From contig DATGQB010000150.1 in the NCBI GenBank assembly GCA_035304405.1, positions 1 through 34,182 on the forward strand: DNA of 34,182 nt, read 5' to 3'. The position numbers were made by a program, and so were the translations under genes. Shown one piece after another: positions 1 through 9,470 of this stretch (positions are counted from its first letter, which is position 1; every line of letters starts with the position of its first letter). The notes beneath the pieces are model-generated. The model saw only the letters and a list, made by a program, of their open reading frames with translations, had not been told where the DNA came from and ran no database searches. The DNA comes from Edaphocola sp. Lineage in GTDB: Bacteria > Bacteroidota > Bacteroidia > Chitinophagales > Chitinophagaceae.

Positions 1-689
1 ACTACAATAAGATAGACCAAAGCCCAGATGCTATCAGGGGTAATATATTGGAGTTCTGAATAATCATCGAGAAGAGCACTGAGTACAAACAAAGCTAATC
101 CACCTGTAAATAATTGTAGTGCAGCACTTTGAAAGATATTATTGCTCGCTTTTAATCGATATTTGGAAATCACACTTCCGTAGGCCCAGGCCAGGCAAGC
201 CCCAAAGGCCACCAGCATGCCGGTAAAATATTCTTTATTGGTCAGGTCGGCAAGATTATCCCGGAAAATCAATGCGATGCCCATGCAGCCCAGCAACAAT
301 CCGACAATGATGAGTATGTGTTGCTTTTGACGGTCGAAACCCAAAACGAAACTTATGACCACGACAAATACAGGAATGAGCGAGCAAATCAATGCCGCCA
401 GTCCGCTGCTGATAAAACGCTCACTCCATCCGATGACGCCATTACCCAAGGCCACCATCAGCAGACCCAGTACAGATTGATTGATAATATCTGAGCGATG
501 GACCTGTAATTTGCCCGATATTTTGAGTACCAAGAGCATGATACCACCGGCTATTACCTGACGGATGCCGGAAAATAAAAAGGGTGGAAAATGCTCCACG
601 CCCACTCTAATGGCAAAATAGGTAGTGCCCCATACCAAACATACCACTGCCAGTGCCAGATAAGCAGGCAGAAGAGAATTCTGTTTCAT
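1..689 (-). CDS. EamA/DMT family transporter (YedA-like), 3' end runs off the window
   Basis: Not in the ORF track. Manual translation from ATG at 689: MKQNSLLPAYLALAVVCLVWGTTYFAIRVGVEHFPPFLFSGIRQVIAGG...ISSGLAALICSLIPVF, the classic EamA WG-T-Y / P-F-R / SG-AA pattern with many hydrophobic helices. Confidence 0.9.
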   Translation of the reverse strand, partial: MKQNSLLPAYLALAVVCLVWGTTYFAIRVGVEHFPPFLFSGIRQVIAGGIMLLVLKISGKLQVHRSDIINQSVLGLLMVALGNGVIGWSERFISSGLAALICSLIPVFVVVISFVLGFDRQKQHILIIVGLLLGCMGIALIFRDNLADLTNKEYFTGMLVAFGACLAWAYGSVISKYRLKASNNIFQSAALQLFTGGLALFVLSALLDDYSELQYITPDSIWALVYLIV

Positions 690-809
690 AAAAATGCGAA
701 AAATAGCTTGTGTTGCGAGTAGTAAAATAATTAAGCTTATTGCCTCAATGCATCATGTTTGTGTATGCATGGCATGCTCATGCGATAGATGTATTGTAGC
801 TCGGAAGCA

Positions 810-1223
810 TTAAGTGCCGGGCATTGGGCTGTTTACCATAAAAAATGCTGTACGTGGAAATCTGGCAAAGAGTTCATCCTTCAGCGCTTCAGAGATAGGC
901 AAGGTACCAATAGCCTGCGACATGCAGGCCAGCCAGTCATTTGCGTCCATTTCCGTTATGGGGTGACTCAAATGCCTTGCCCTCATGCGTGGGTGACCGT
1001 AGGTTTCCAAATAAAGTGGCGGCCCACCCAGGAATTGAGTGAGAAAGCATTTTTGCTTATGCTTGATGATCTCTTTGTCGCCTTTAAACAGCCTGCTGAT
1101 TCTAGGATGGCTATAAACCAAATCATAGAATTTGTCAAGCAATTGATTGAGTGCGGCCTCGCCGCCAATTCTTTCATACAGCGATACTTCTTCTATAGCG
1201 GGATATTGTAAAGGCTCTTCCAT
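810..1223 (-). CDS. Group II truncated hemoglobin (GlbO/YjbI-like)
   Basis: LYERIGG...FY...KQKCFLTQFLGGPPLY...GHPRMRARH...W motifs of 2/2 globins. Confidence 0.9.
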   Translation of the reverse strand: MEEPLQYPAIEEVSLYERIGGEAALNQLLDKFYDLVYSHPRISRLFKGDKEIIKHKQKCFLTQFLGGPPLYLETYGHPRMRARHLSHPITEMDANDWLACMSQAIGTLPISEALKDELFARFPRTAFFMVNSPMPGT

Positions 1224-1230
1224 ACTGCTG

Positions 1231-1238
1231 CAAAATTA
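1231..1238 (-). promoter_or_regulatory. Bacteroidota -7 promoter box (TAATTTTG) for the globin gene
   Basis: Exact TAnnTTTG on the minus strand, 7 nt before the ATG. Confidence 0.55.
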
Positions 1239-1283
1239 GGCCAAAATATAATTATAACTTGTCCGAAAATGGCCGGACAAAAT

Positions 1284-1314
1284 AAAAAAGACTGCCCTTT
1301 TGCAGGCAGCCTTT
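1284..1314 (-). terminator. Intrinsic terminator after rplY
   Basis: Minus strand AAAGGCTGCC-tgcaaaag-GGCAGTCTTT followed by a T run, about 25 nt after the stop codon. Confidence 0.75.
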
Positions 1315-1339
1315 AAGAAAAAGATGTATAAAGTGAAAC

Positions 1340-1927
1340 TTATTTTTTATCGGCTTTAGCAGCTTCAGTTTCAGCCTGACGCAATGCACGCGTCATTACT
1401 ACAGACGCTACTGGCTGACGACCAGGCATCATAAGCTCCATATTCTCAACTTTGATATCCTCAACGCGAAGGTTACCATTCAATTGAAGATCAGAGATAT
1501 CTACTTTGATACCATCAGCAAGATATTTAGGATAAGTTCTTACTTTGATTTTTTTCAAGCGCAATTGTAAGCGACCACCGGCTTTTACACCAGCAGGCTG
1601 ACCTTCGAAGATGAATGGAAGCTCAGCAGTAACTTTTTTGTCTTCTACTAATTCCAATAAATCGATGTGGTTCAAACGGTCAGTTACTACATCAAATTGT
1701 AAATCCTTTACGATTGCTTTGTAAGATTTGCCATCAACTTTGATTTCTGCAATTTGGAAAGCAGGAGTGTAAATCAACGGACGGAAAGCCAAAAGCGGTG
1801 CATAAAAGTGTACCTCTTCTTTACCACCATAGATTACACCTAATACATTTCCTTGGCTGCGTAAAGTGCGGGCAGCTTTTTTACCTAAATCGGTTCTCAA
1901 TTGTCCTTCAATAACAACTGTGTTCAT
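1340..1927 (-). CDS. rplY: 50S ribosomal protein L25 / general stress protein Ctc
   Basis: RTDLGKKAARTLR..GVIYGG..KDLQFD..HIDL..GVKAGG motifs. Start placed at MNTVVIEG (ATG 1927) rather than the TTG at 1960. Confidence 0.95.
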   Translation of the reverse strand: MNTVVIEGQLRTDLGKKAARTLRSQGNVLGVIYGGKEEVHFYAPLLAFRPLIYTPAFQIAEIKVDGKSYKAIVKDLQFDVVTDRLNHIDLLELVEDKKVTAELPFIFEGQPAGVKAGGRLQLRLKKIKVRTYPKYLADGIKVDISDLQLNGNLRVEDIKVENMELMMPGRQPVASVVMTRALRQAETEAAKADKK

Positions 1928-2100
1928 ATTCTTTTGCTTAGATTGACTTTTCAGCGGCAAACGATAATTCGGTGAACATCTACAACTGAATCGCTATTTA
2001 ATTAAATTTGGTTTTACAAACACTGTGCCCCAGAGGGCAATACCGAATTTTTTTGGTTAGACAGTTACTCTTCTTGCCCCAAAAAGGTAAAAGAGTGCGC

Positions 2101-2108
2101 AAAATTAA
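2101..2108 (-). promoter_or_regulatory. -7 promoter box (TAATTTTG, about 2100-2107) overlapping the prs stop codon, probably driving rplY
   Basis: Minus strand reads ...ACT TAA TTTTG CGC, so the prs TAA stop forms the start of a TAnnTTTG box. Confidence 0.5.
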
Positions 2109-3052
2109 GTTAATTTAGGTTTATGAGCAAATAAACTTGTAATAGACTTGTTTTCAAAGGTATTACGGATGGCAACTGAGAATAGTTGTGCCGTAGATAA
2201 TACTTCAATTTTATCTAATTGCTGTTTTAATGGAATGGTATCGCAAACTACCAGTTTCTCCAGATCAGAATTGGCAATGTTTTCATAAGCTTTGCCACTT
2301 AATACCGGATGGGTACAGAATGCTCTTACACTCAATGCGCCTTTTTCTTTCAGCAAAGAAGCGGCTTTACATAAAGTACCAGCAGTGTCCACGATATCAT
2401 CAATCAGAATCACGTGCTTTCCGGTAACATCACCTATTACGGTCATAGAACCTACTTCGTTGGCTTTCTTTCTGTATTTATCGCAGATCACCATTTCAGC
2501 ACCGAAATAGCTGGCCACCTCTCTCACTCGATTGGTGCTACCTACATCCGGAGCTGCAAATACATAGTTCTGTAAATTGAGCCGCTCAATATAAGGGATA
2601 AATATTGCGGAGCTGTCCAGATGGTCTACCGGAATATCAAAGAAACCTTGAATTTGAGGTGCATGCAAATCCATAGTCATTACACGATCCGCACCGGCAA
2701 CTGTCAATAGATTAGCGATAAGTTTAGAAGCGATAGCCACTCGCGGACGGTCTTTTCTATCCTGACGAGCAAAGCCATAGTATGGAATTACTGCAGTAAT
2801 ATAACCTGCGGATGCCCGACGTGCAGCGTCAATCATCATTAATAATTCCATTAGATTGTCAGAAGGGGCGCTTGTAGATTGTACAATAAAAACATGATCA
2901 CCGCGCACAGATTCATTGAATCGTGGCTGAAATTCTCCATCGCTGAATTTTTGAATTGAGACGGCGCTGAGCTGCTTACCGGCGGCTGCGGCAATAGCTT
3001 CTGCCAGTTTCAAAGACTCATTACCGGCAAAAATTTTTACGGATGCTTGCAT
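2105..3052 (-). CDS. prs: Ribose-phosphate pyrophosphokinase
   Basis: FSDGE, PYYGFARQDRK, DLHAPQIQGFF and LIDDIVDTAGT (PRPP-binding) motifs; usual prs-rplY order. Confidence 0.97.
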   Translation of the reverse strand: MQASVKIFAGNESLKLAEAIAAAAGKQLSAVSIQKFSDGEFQPRFNESVRGDHVFIVQSTSAPSDNLMELLMMIDAARRASAGYITAVIPYYGFARQDRKDRPRVAIASKLIANLLTVAGADRVMTMDLHAPQIQGFFDIPVDHLDSSAIFIPYIERLNLQNYVFAAPDVGSTNRVREVASYFGAEMVICDKYRKKANEVGSMTVIGDVTGKHVILIDDIVDTAGTLCKAASLLKEKGALSVRAFCTHPVLSGKAYENIANSDLEKLVVCDTIPLKQQLDKIEVLSTAQLFSVAIRNTFENKSITSLFAHKPKLT

Positions 3053-3080
3053 TGATTTTAGTAGTTTTGAGAACAGAGTG

Positions 3081-3088
3081 CAAAAGTA
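3081..3088 (-). promoter_or_regulatory. -7 promoter box (TACTTTTG) for prs
   Basis: Exact TAnnTTTG 28 nt upstream of the ATG. Confidence 0.6.
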
Positions 3089-3197
3089 AGCCCTTTGTAT
3101 AGAACCTCAAAGGATTTTCGATAGTTAATCTTTTCAAAAGTTTGCCTCTTCTAAAGTGGATTTATTTTAATATCTTTCGGAGCAAAACGAAACAAAC

Positions 3198-3845
3198 TTG
3201 ATAGCTGTTATTTCAGGACAAATAATCAATGCTTGGAAACACAACCCGAATATCTGGCTGTTTAAGCTCAAGCGCTTTTTCGGCAGTTTTGGTGCTGCTC
3301 CCCAAAAATGGGAAATTTTTGGAGGTAATGCCTTTTTGTTGAAAGTAAGCTATCCGGAAGAAAGTCTTTTTGTGGGTATTATAATAAAGGCGATTTTCAA
3401 ACAAATAGCCGACCTGGATGTCTGTCTGAAAATTGGAGTGGGCAGTATAGTGGAGGAGGGCGCCAGCCTGAGGTCCTGCAAAGGTACAGCGCTGGACAAT
3501 GCGTTTAGTAGCCAGGATGAAGGCATAGCTAGACGGCCCACATTTAATTTTCAGTCTGCAGATAAACAATTGAACGAAAACATCAATTTGCTGCTGGCAT
3601 TTGCCTCTCAACATATGAATGATTGGACCGTGGCAGAAGCCGAAACCGTGGAATTATGTATGCTTTTTCCGGAAAAGAGTCAGCAAGAGATTGCCGACTG
3701 GCTACGTATAAAGCAATCTGCGGTGAGCCAACGTAAGGCCAGAGCCAAACTGGAATTATTGTTGCAACTGAATGCCTATTACCAAAAGCAACTGAAGCAA
3801 TACAGCGATAGCGCCCGTATAGAGAGTGAAGTGCGTGAGGATTAG
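3198..3845 (+). CDS. SatD-family protein with C-terminal HTH (acidic motifs substituted)
   Basis: MIAVISGQII..WEIFGGNAF..LDVCLKIGVG..GTA..WT..QQEIADWLRIKQSAVSQRKARA resembles Bacteroidota SatD proteins (AVITGDII / WEIYRGDSFQ / IGIG / HTH). TTG start. Confidence 0.7.
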   Translation: MIAVISGQIINAWKHNPNIWLFKLKRFFGSFGAAPQKWEIFGGNAFLLKVSYPEESLFVGIIIKAIFKQIADLDVCLKIGVGSIVEEGASLRSCKGTALDNAFSSQDEGIARRPTFNFQSADKQLNENINLLLAFASQHMNDWTVAEAETVELCMLFPEKSQQEIADWLRIKQSAVSQRKARAKLELLLQLNAYYQKQLKQYSDSARIESEVRED

Positions 3846-4000
3846 CAGCGTAAAGTCACATAGCGAAAGCTAAAGCTTGCGAATGGATTCCGCCCGTGCC
3901 ACAACTTTGACCAATATCGGCGGCATTTTTGGCACTTCAAACTGTAGCATTTGAATTGGCCACTAAGCAGCCTCGGGTGGGCTCTATGCTGTAAATACAA

Positions 4001-4369
4001 TTAACTTTCTCTGAACGTGTCTATCTGATGCTCCGATAAGGCATTCATTTCGAGCATGGTGCAGTCGGTATGGCAATAGATTTCGTGCCATACATAAGCC
4101 GGAATTTCAATTTTGCTGGGCACACTGATTTGAATAATTTCTATCTGAGAATGGTCTAAATGCCTGTATCTGAAAGTAATAACGCCCGATAAAAGCAGCA
4201 ATATTTCAGGGTTTTTGTTGAGTGAATTACCCTTATGGTAATGATTGCCGCTCAGGGTATTGGCTTTTCTGAAAATAACCAAATGCCTGCCCATGCGCTC
4301 ATGAAAATACTCATAGGTGTAGCCTCGCTCATCGAAACCTATTTTGTCTAATTCGGTAATCTGTACCAT
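4001..4369 (-). CDS. Small cupin-fold protein (RmlC/WxcM-like)
   Basis: DERG..GNHYHKG..E..L.SG..IPAYVWHE cupin metal motifs. Confidence 0.65.
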   Translation of the reverse strand: MVQITELDKIGFDERGYTYEYFHERMGRHLVIFRKANTLSGNHYHKGNSLNKNPEILLLLSGVITFRYRHLDHSQIEIIQISVPSKIEIPAYVWHEIYCHTDCTMLEMNALSEHQIDTFRES

Positions 4370-4390
4370 ATTACGATATTTCTTGAGTGT

Positions 4391-5164
4391 TTAAAGATTT
4401 TTATTCATACTTACGGTATCCTTTGTAATGGAAACTAGACCAGCGACTTGCATTTCGCGCAGGCGCCAAATTAAGAATAAATCGCCGGTGTGAATTTGGT
4501 GTTTTTCCATAGTCTTGGCTACTACTCGTGCTATTTTCTGATTATTTTGGTTTACCTGTTCCAGCAGTATTTTATCGTAAAAATCTATGGGCTTGCTTTG
4601 TACCTGCTTGGCACCCGTAACGATGCGTACGCCCGCATTTTCCTCAAATATCAAACGCTTCCACTCATCACCGTCGGTTTCCCATTCAGAAGGGCTTATG
4701 GCACGGGCCAGTCTCAGTGCCTTATGTACCTGACGCAGTGGCAACTCGGCTATGCTTTGCGGATAAAACAAGCGATTTTCATCGTCGAGAAAGGGTAAGC
4801 CATTGATATTGATAACAAATACCTTGCCCAAATGCTTTTTCATAAAATGCAGGAGCCAGAAGTAACTGCATACATCGGCAGGGATGCCGCTCATCCAGAA
4901 AAAAATTTTCTTTACCTGCTCGTTGCTCAGCTGCGTTGAGAGTTCCATAAGCCGGTTTAAGTCATCAGCCACAACGTTGTTGTCGCCTGTAACGGTTCTC
5001 CAGAATTCAGTGCGTAAAGCAGCAAAAGAAAGCTCTTCGGAGCGCAGAGGGCCTACGTTGAAAACATCTTTGATAACAAAAAAGTCTGTATCTGCTTGAT
5101 CCGCCAAAGCCCGTTTGAGCAAATCTGCCGCGTGGTCGCCCACTATCATATGTACGATACTCAT
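4391..5164 (-). CDS. DUF1835 (plus DUF3658-like C-terminus) protein
   Basis: HMIVGD-AA-LL, D-FNVGPL, R-FW and C-terminal GDLFLIWRLR motifs typical of DUF1835/DUF3658 proteins. Confidence 0.7.
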   Translation of the reverse strand: MSIVHMIVGDHAADLLKRALADQADTDFFVIKDVFNVGPLRSEELSFAALRTEFWRTVTGDNNVVADDLNRLMELSTQLSNEQVKKIFFWMSGIPADVCSYFWLLHFMKKHLGKVFVININGLPFLDDENRLFYPQSIAELPLRQVHKALRLARAISPSEWETDGDEWKRLIFEENAGVRIVTGAKQVQSKPIDFYDKILLEQVNQNNQKIARVVAKTMEKHQIHTGDLFLIWRLREMQVAGLVSITKDTVSMNKNL

Positions 5165-5353
5165 GCTTTGAGAAAAATGCCATTATTTGTGCGCAATTTA
5201 ATGCCTTTTTTGGGAGCAGCGCCATTTAGATTGCCCAAAATGCCGGGAGATATAAAGGAGTCCGGCGAGTAGCCGCGCATGCTGCCCACAGAGTAGAAGC
5301 ATCAGCGGATACTTTTCTGCCCGGAATAAAGAGTGGGTAAATAATAAATGAAT

Positions 5354-5361
5354 TAAATTTG
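5354..5361 (+). promoter_or_regulatory. -7 promoter box (TAAATTTG) for the TPR gene
   Basis: Exact TAnnTTTG 8 nt before the ATG. Confidence 0.55.
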
Positions 5362-5369
5362 CCAGCGAT

Positions 5370-6443
5370 ATGCAAGTAAAAACATTACTCAAACTCATAG
5401 GTCTGGGCCTTGCACTACATACTGCTGCGCCGCTTAGAGCACAAATTGCAGGCGAGTCACCAGAACTTATGCAGATGATAAAGAGCGCCAATGAGCATTT
5501 AAATAAAGGTTCATACGACCATGCGATAGCCCTGTATCAGCAGGCTATAAGACTGGCTCCGGATAATATAGGGTTGCGGAAAGACCTGGCGTATGCATAT
5601 TTGCTAAAACGAGAATATTCAAATGGCCGCCAAGCCATTGCTCAGGTATTGGGCAGCCCCCTGGCCGATGAGCAAGTGTTTCAAATCGCAGCTGCCATTG
5701 AGCAGGCAGAGGGGAAATATGGAAAAGCCAAACGCATTGTGAATGATGGATTGAAGAAATATCCCAATTCCGGATTGTTGCATAATGCTATGGGTAATGT
5801 ATTGATTCTTTCCTCCAAATCTACCAAGCCTGCCATTGAGAAGTGGGTCAAAGGCGCCGCCGTAGAACCGAAATATCCTGCCAATTATTATAATCTGGCC
5901 AAGACATTGTTTAAAGAAGAGCAATATGTTTGGACCATTATTTACGCAGAGCAATATGTGAATCTGGAGGCTCAATCGCCCAAGGCTGTAGAAATGCGTA
6001 AACTACTTTTCGAGGCCTACCAGAAGGTGTTTAGTAACAATCAAAACAAGCCGCTGCCCAATTTCAGCCAGGCTGCACAAAGAGAGCAGCAAAAAAAGCT
6101 AAGTTTTGAAGAAGCATTTTTACAGAGCATCAATGTGAATTTGAGCACCGTGGCCGATGAGTTTACTGTGGATAATCTGAGTATGCTGCGCAGCAGATTC
6201 TTGATATATTGGCATAATAATTTTGCACATAAGTTTCCGCAGTCTATTATCACGTATCAAGCCAGACTCATGAAGGAAGGACACTATCCGGCATATAATC
6301 AGTGGCTTTTTGGCGCATCAGAAAATTCGAGAGACTTTAGTGTATGGATTGGACAGTTTAAAGAAGCATATCAGAATTTTGAGCGTTGGAAAAACAACAA
6401 TCCTTTCCTGCCGCAAATGGGCGATGTAGCCATAAGGCTGTAA
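5370..6443 (+). CDS. Exported tetratricopeptide-repeat protein
   Basis: Signal peptide ending LRA-Q; repeated TPR patterns (AIALYQQAIRLAPDN, GLKKYPNSGLLH, VEPKYPANYYNLAK). Confidence 0.85.
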   Translation: MQVKTLLKLIGLGLALHTAAPLRAQIAGESPELMQMIKSANEHLNKGSYDHAIALYQQAIRLAPDNIGLRKDLAYAYLLKREYSNGRQAIAQVLGSPLADEQVFQIAAAIEQAEGKYGKAKRIVNDGLKKYPNSGLLHNAMGNVLILSSKSTKPAIEKWVKGAAVEPKYPANYYNLAKTLFKEEQYVWTIIYAEQYVNLEAQSPKAVEMRKLLFEAYQKVFSNNQNKPLPNFSQAAQREQQKKLSFEEAFLQSINVNLSTVADEFTVDNLSMLRSRFLIYWHNNFAHKFPQSIITYQARLMKEGHYPAYNQWLFGASENSRDFSVWIGQFKEAYQNFERWKNNNPFLPQMGDVAIRL

Positions 6444-6497
6444 GCTGTTACTTTTCAGTAGTGTAAAAACAGTTGAGCGATTTTGCATTCTGTTTAT

Positions 6498-6505
6498 TAA
6501 TTTTG
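6498..6505 (+). promoter_or_regulatory. -7 promoter box (TAATTTTG) for ppa
   Basis: Exact TAnnTTTG 21 nt upstream of the ATG. Confidence 0.6.
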
Positions 6506-6526
6506 CAAAAATTTTAAAATATTAAC

Positions 6527-7075
6527 ATGGCATTTAATCCTTGGCATTCTGTGAGCTTTGGCGATAAGGCTCCCGAAGTAGTTGACGCAATTATTGAAAT
6601 TCCTCGTGGTTCCAGAGGAAAATTTGAATTGGATAAAGAAACAGGTATGCTGCGCTTAGACCGTGTGTTGTACCATTCTATCACTTATCCTCTGAATTAT
6701 GGATTTATCCCTCAAACTTATTGTGAAGACGGCGACCCACTAGACATTTTGGTATTGTCTCAGGTAGATATCCCTTCTATGTGCCTAGTTAACGCCAAAG
6801 TTATCGGTGTGATGCGCATGATAGACCAAGGCGAGGCTGATGATAAACTGATTGCTGTTTGTACTGATGATATGAGCGTAAATCACTACAACGATTTGAC
6901 TGATTTGCCGCCACATCTTGTAAAAGAGATTCGCCAGTTTTTTGAAGAATACAAAGCATTAGAAGGCAAAGAAGTGAGTGTAACTGCATTTGAAGATGCT
7001 GCCGCTGCACGTAAAATTTTGCTGCAATCTATTGAAGATTATAAAGCTAAATTTAGTGTAGGTCAGGAAGCTTAA
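6527..7075 (+). CDS. ppa: Family I inorganic pyrophosphatase
   Basis: [36 protein letters not shown] signature. Confidence 0.96.
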   Translation: MAFNPWHSVSFGDKAPEVVDAIIEIPRGSRGKFELDKETGMLRLDRVLYHSITYPLNYGFIPQTYCEDGDPLDILVLSQVDIPSMCLVNAKVIGVMRMIDQGEADDKLIAVCTDDMSVNHYNDLTDLPPHLVKEIRQFFEEYKALEGKEVSVTAFEDAAAARKILLQSIEDYKAKFSVGQEA

Positions 7076-7114
7076 TTGTTTCGAACTCATAGAAGTGTAT
7101 GTATCTTTTTACGG

Positions 7115-7151
7115 GCGAATCGGCATTTCCAATGCTGATTCGCTTTTTTTT
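7115..7151 (+). terminator. Intrinsic terminator after ppa
   Basis: GCGAATCGGCATT-tcc-AATGCTGATTCGC followed by T8. Confidence 0.8.
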
Positions 7152-7157
7152 CTCGCT

Positions 7158-7907
7158 ATGCTAGTGCTGCATTTGTTCAAGAAATATATTGTCGATAGTC
7201 AGCTGTTTGTAGCGCTGATGGGTGCTTGCCTGGGAGCATTTTTCCTTATGGCTAAGGGTATTGCGCTCTGGCCCCATGCGCTTATATTTTTTCTGTTTTA
7301 TTGGAGTGGATATTGCTATACCAAATATCAGGATTATTTCTGGTGTAGTCCCAGGGTGATATTTGCCTGTGTGCTAGCGGCAGTGGCTATAGCTATGCTC
7401 TTAATCTTCAGGCAGGACAAGGAAATTTTTAAATGGTTACTGATATGTGGACTGGGATTTTTGTATAATAGTATATTTCTCAACAAAACAGCAAGGCAAA
7501 TACCATTGCTAAAAATTGTACATGTGGCTGTAGTATGGGGACTCATCAATGCATGGATGGCTGCGTCGCATTTTTTGCCCGGGGTATTTTTGATTACGCT
7601 GCTATTTATTTGCGGGCTTATTTTGCCCTTCGATATAAGAGATGTTGAGGAAGATAGTATCACTACCTTCCCCAAACTTATAGGTACAAAATTTACCAAA
7701 TTACTTGCAGTAGTACTTTTGAGCGCTAGTGCACTGCTGAGTTTTCACTACTTATCCTATTGCTATGCATTCAGTTTTAGTATTGCTGCGGCTGTGGCTA
7801 TAGCGCTTACCCTTCCTGCCCGAAAAACCTTTCCGGCTTTATATTTTACATGTTTAATAGAAGCCTGTTCCGGATTACCACTGTTGTGCTATCTTATTCT
7901 GCGCTAG
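7158..7907 (+). CDS. UbiA-like prenyltransferase-family membrane protein
   Basis: Multi-pass membrane protein with R.IPLLK and LPFDIRDVEED...T.P..IG Asp-rich motif. Start moved to ATG 7158, downstream of the ppa terminator. Confidence 0.65.
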   Translation: MLVLHLFKKYIVDSQLFVALMGACLGAFFLMAKGIALWPHALIFFLFYWSGYCYTKYQDYFWCSPRVIFACVLAAVAIAMLLIFRQDKEIFKWLLICGLGFLYNSIFLNKTARQIPLLKIVHVAVVWGLINAWMAASHFLPGVFLITLLFICGLILPFDIRDVEEDSITTFPKLIGTKFTKLLAVVLLSASALLSFHYLSYCYAFSFSIAAAVAIALTLPARKTFPALYFTCLIEACSGLPLLCYLILR

Positions 7908-7922
7908 CTTCCTGCGACCATA

Positions 7923-9233
7923 TTAGTCGATTAATTCAGCTTCCAGGTCATAGTCATAGGCTCGGGTAATGCGCACCTTCACGAAATCACCGATGGTCAA
8001 GTCTTCGTCTGTGTAGATGATGACTTCATTGTCCACGTCTACACTGTCAAATTCTGTGCGAGCGATATACCTGCCGGCTTCAATTTTATCTACCAGAACA
8101 TTCAGCTCTTTGCCAATGAAATCCTGGTTTTTGGCATAGGATATTTCCTGCTGTACTTCCATTATTTCCTGCGCTCTACGTTCCTTTTCTTCACTGCTGA
8201 TATTATCTTCCAATTCGTATGCGCTGGTGTTTTCTTCATGCGAGTAGGTAAAGATACCCACGCGATCAAACTGCATTTCTTCCAGGAAGACTTTCATATC
8301 TTCGACATCTTCCAATGTTTCGCCCGGGAATCCGGTAATCATGGTGGTGCGAATAGCAATACCCGGAACTGCAGCACGGATATTATTTATTAAATCCACC
8401 ATTTCCTGGCGGGTGATTTGACGCTTCATGGCTTTGAGCATCTTATCACTGCAATGCTGTAGCGGTATGTCCAGATAGTTGCAAATGTTGTCGTGTTTCG
8501 CCATCACCTCCAGTACATCCATTGGAAACTTGGATGGATAGGCATAGTGAAGTCTTATCCAGTGTAAGCCTTCAATTTGTGCCAATTGCTCCAGCAAGTC
8601 GGCGAGTGCACGTTTTTTGTACAAGTCCAGACCGTAATAGGTGAGCTCCTGAGCAATGAGCATGATTTCTTTAACCCCGTTAGCTACCAGATTTCTGGCC
8701 TCGGTAAGAATATCTTCTATTGGTTTAGACACATGCCCGCCACGCATTAGTGGTATGGCACAGAATGAGCATGTGCGGTTACATCCTTCAGAAATTTTTA
8801 AATAAGCGTAATGCTTAGGCGTACTCAAAAGTCTCTCGCCCAGAAGTTCCTTTTTGAAGTCGGCCTCTAAAGCTTTTAGGATAAAAGGCAGCTCCAGCGT
8901 ACCAAACCAGGCATCCACTTCAGGAATCTCCTTGGCTAGGTCATCTCTATACCGCTCACTCAAACAGCCAGTGACCAACACTTTGTCTAATTTGCCCGCC
9001 TCTTTTAGTGCCACTTGCTCCAGAATCGTATTTACAGATTCTTCTTTTGCTTTGTCAATAAAGCCGCAAGTATTTACGACCACTATATTATGGTCCAGAC
9101 TTTCGTTTTCGTGCACCACGGTTATCTCATTAGCCTTAAGCTGTCCGCTTAATACTTCACTATCCACAAGGTTTTTTGAGCATCCCAGAGTAATGATGTT
9201 TACTTTATTTTGCTTGAGCGTTTTACTTTTCAT
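7923..9233 (-). CDS. rimO: Ribosomal protein S12 methylthiotransferase
   Basis: LGCSKNLVDSE, NTCGFI, radical-SAM CNRTCSFC, GFPGET and a C-terminal TRAM domain. Confidence 0.96.
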   Translation of the reverse strand: MKSKTLKQNKVNIITLGCSKNLVDSEVLSGQLKANEITVVHENESLDHNIVVVNTCGFIDKAKEESVNTILEQVALKEAGKLDKVLVTGCLSERYRDDLAKEIPEVDAWFGTLELPFILKALEADFKKELLGERLLSTPKHYAYLKISEGCNRTCSFCAIPLMRGGHVSKPIEDILTEARNLVANGVKEIMLIAQELTYYGLDLYKKRALADLLEQLAQIEGLHWIRLHYAYPSKFPMDVLEVMAKHDNICNYLDIPLQHCSDKMLKAMKRQITRQEMVDLINNIRAAVPGIAIRTTMITGFPGETLEDVEDMKVFLEEMQFDRVGIFTYSHEENTSAYELEDNISSEEKERRAQEIMEVQQEISYAKNQDFIGKELNVLVDKIEAGRYIARTEFDSVDVDNEVIIYTDEDLTIGDFVKVRITRAYDYDLEAELID

Positions 9234-9258
9234 CTATGCTTTGCTTACTTAAAACCAG

Positions 9259-9266
9259 CAAAGGTA
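9259..9266 (-). promoter_or_regulatory. -7 promoter box (TACCTTTG) for rimO
   Basis: Exact TAnnTTTG 25 nt upstream of the ATG. Confidence 0.6.
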
Positions 9267-9462
9267 CCACAAAATATTGGCTATGCCGGTAAGTATTTGA
9301 CTCCGGATAATGTAATTCGATGCTAAATAATGAGCGGTCAATAGGTCTTCGATGCTATTTGTTGCCAGCTCGAGGGCAAGGAGGCTGCTGTAGGCTTTAT
9401 GAATCGAATAAAGATTAACGATTTTATATACCGGTATTCTTGAAGGTTTACAGACTAAACAG

Positions 9463-9470
9463 TATATTTG
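9463..9470 (+). promoter_or_regulatory. -7 promoter box (TATATTTG) for ahcY
   Basis: Exact TAnnTTTG followed by an AT-rich leader. Confidence 0.6.

Noticed and set aside
746-783. Cluster of CATG/ATGCAT micro-palindromes upstream of the EamA gene
   Set aside because: No regular period or long stem; consistent with low-complexity chance.
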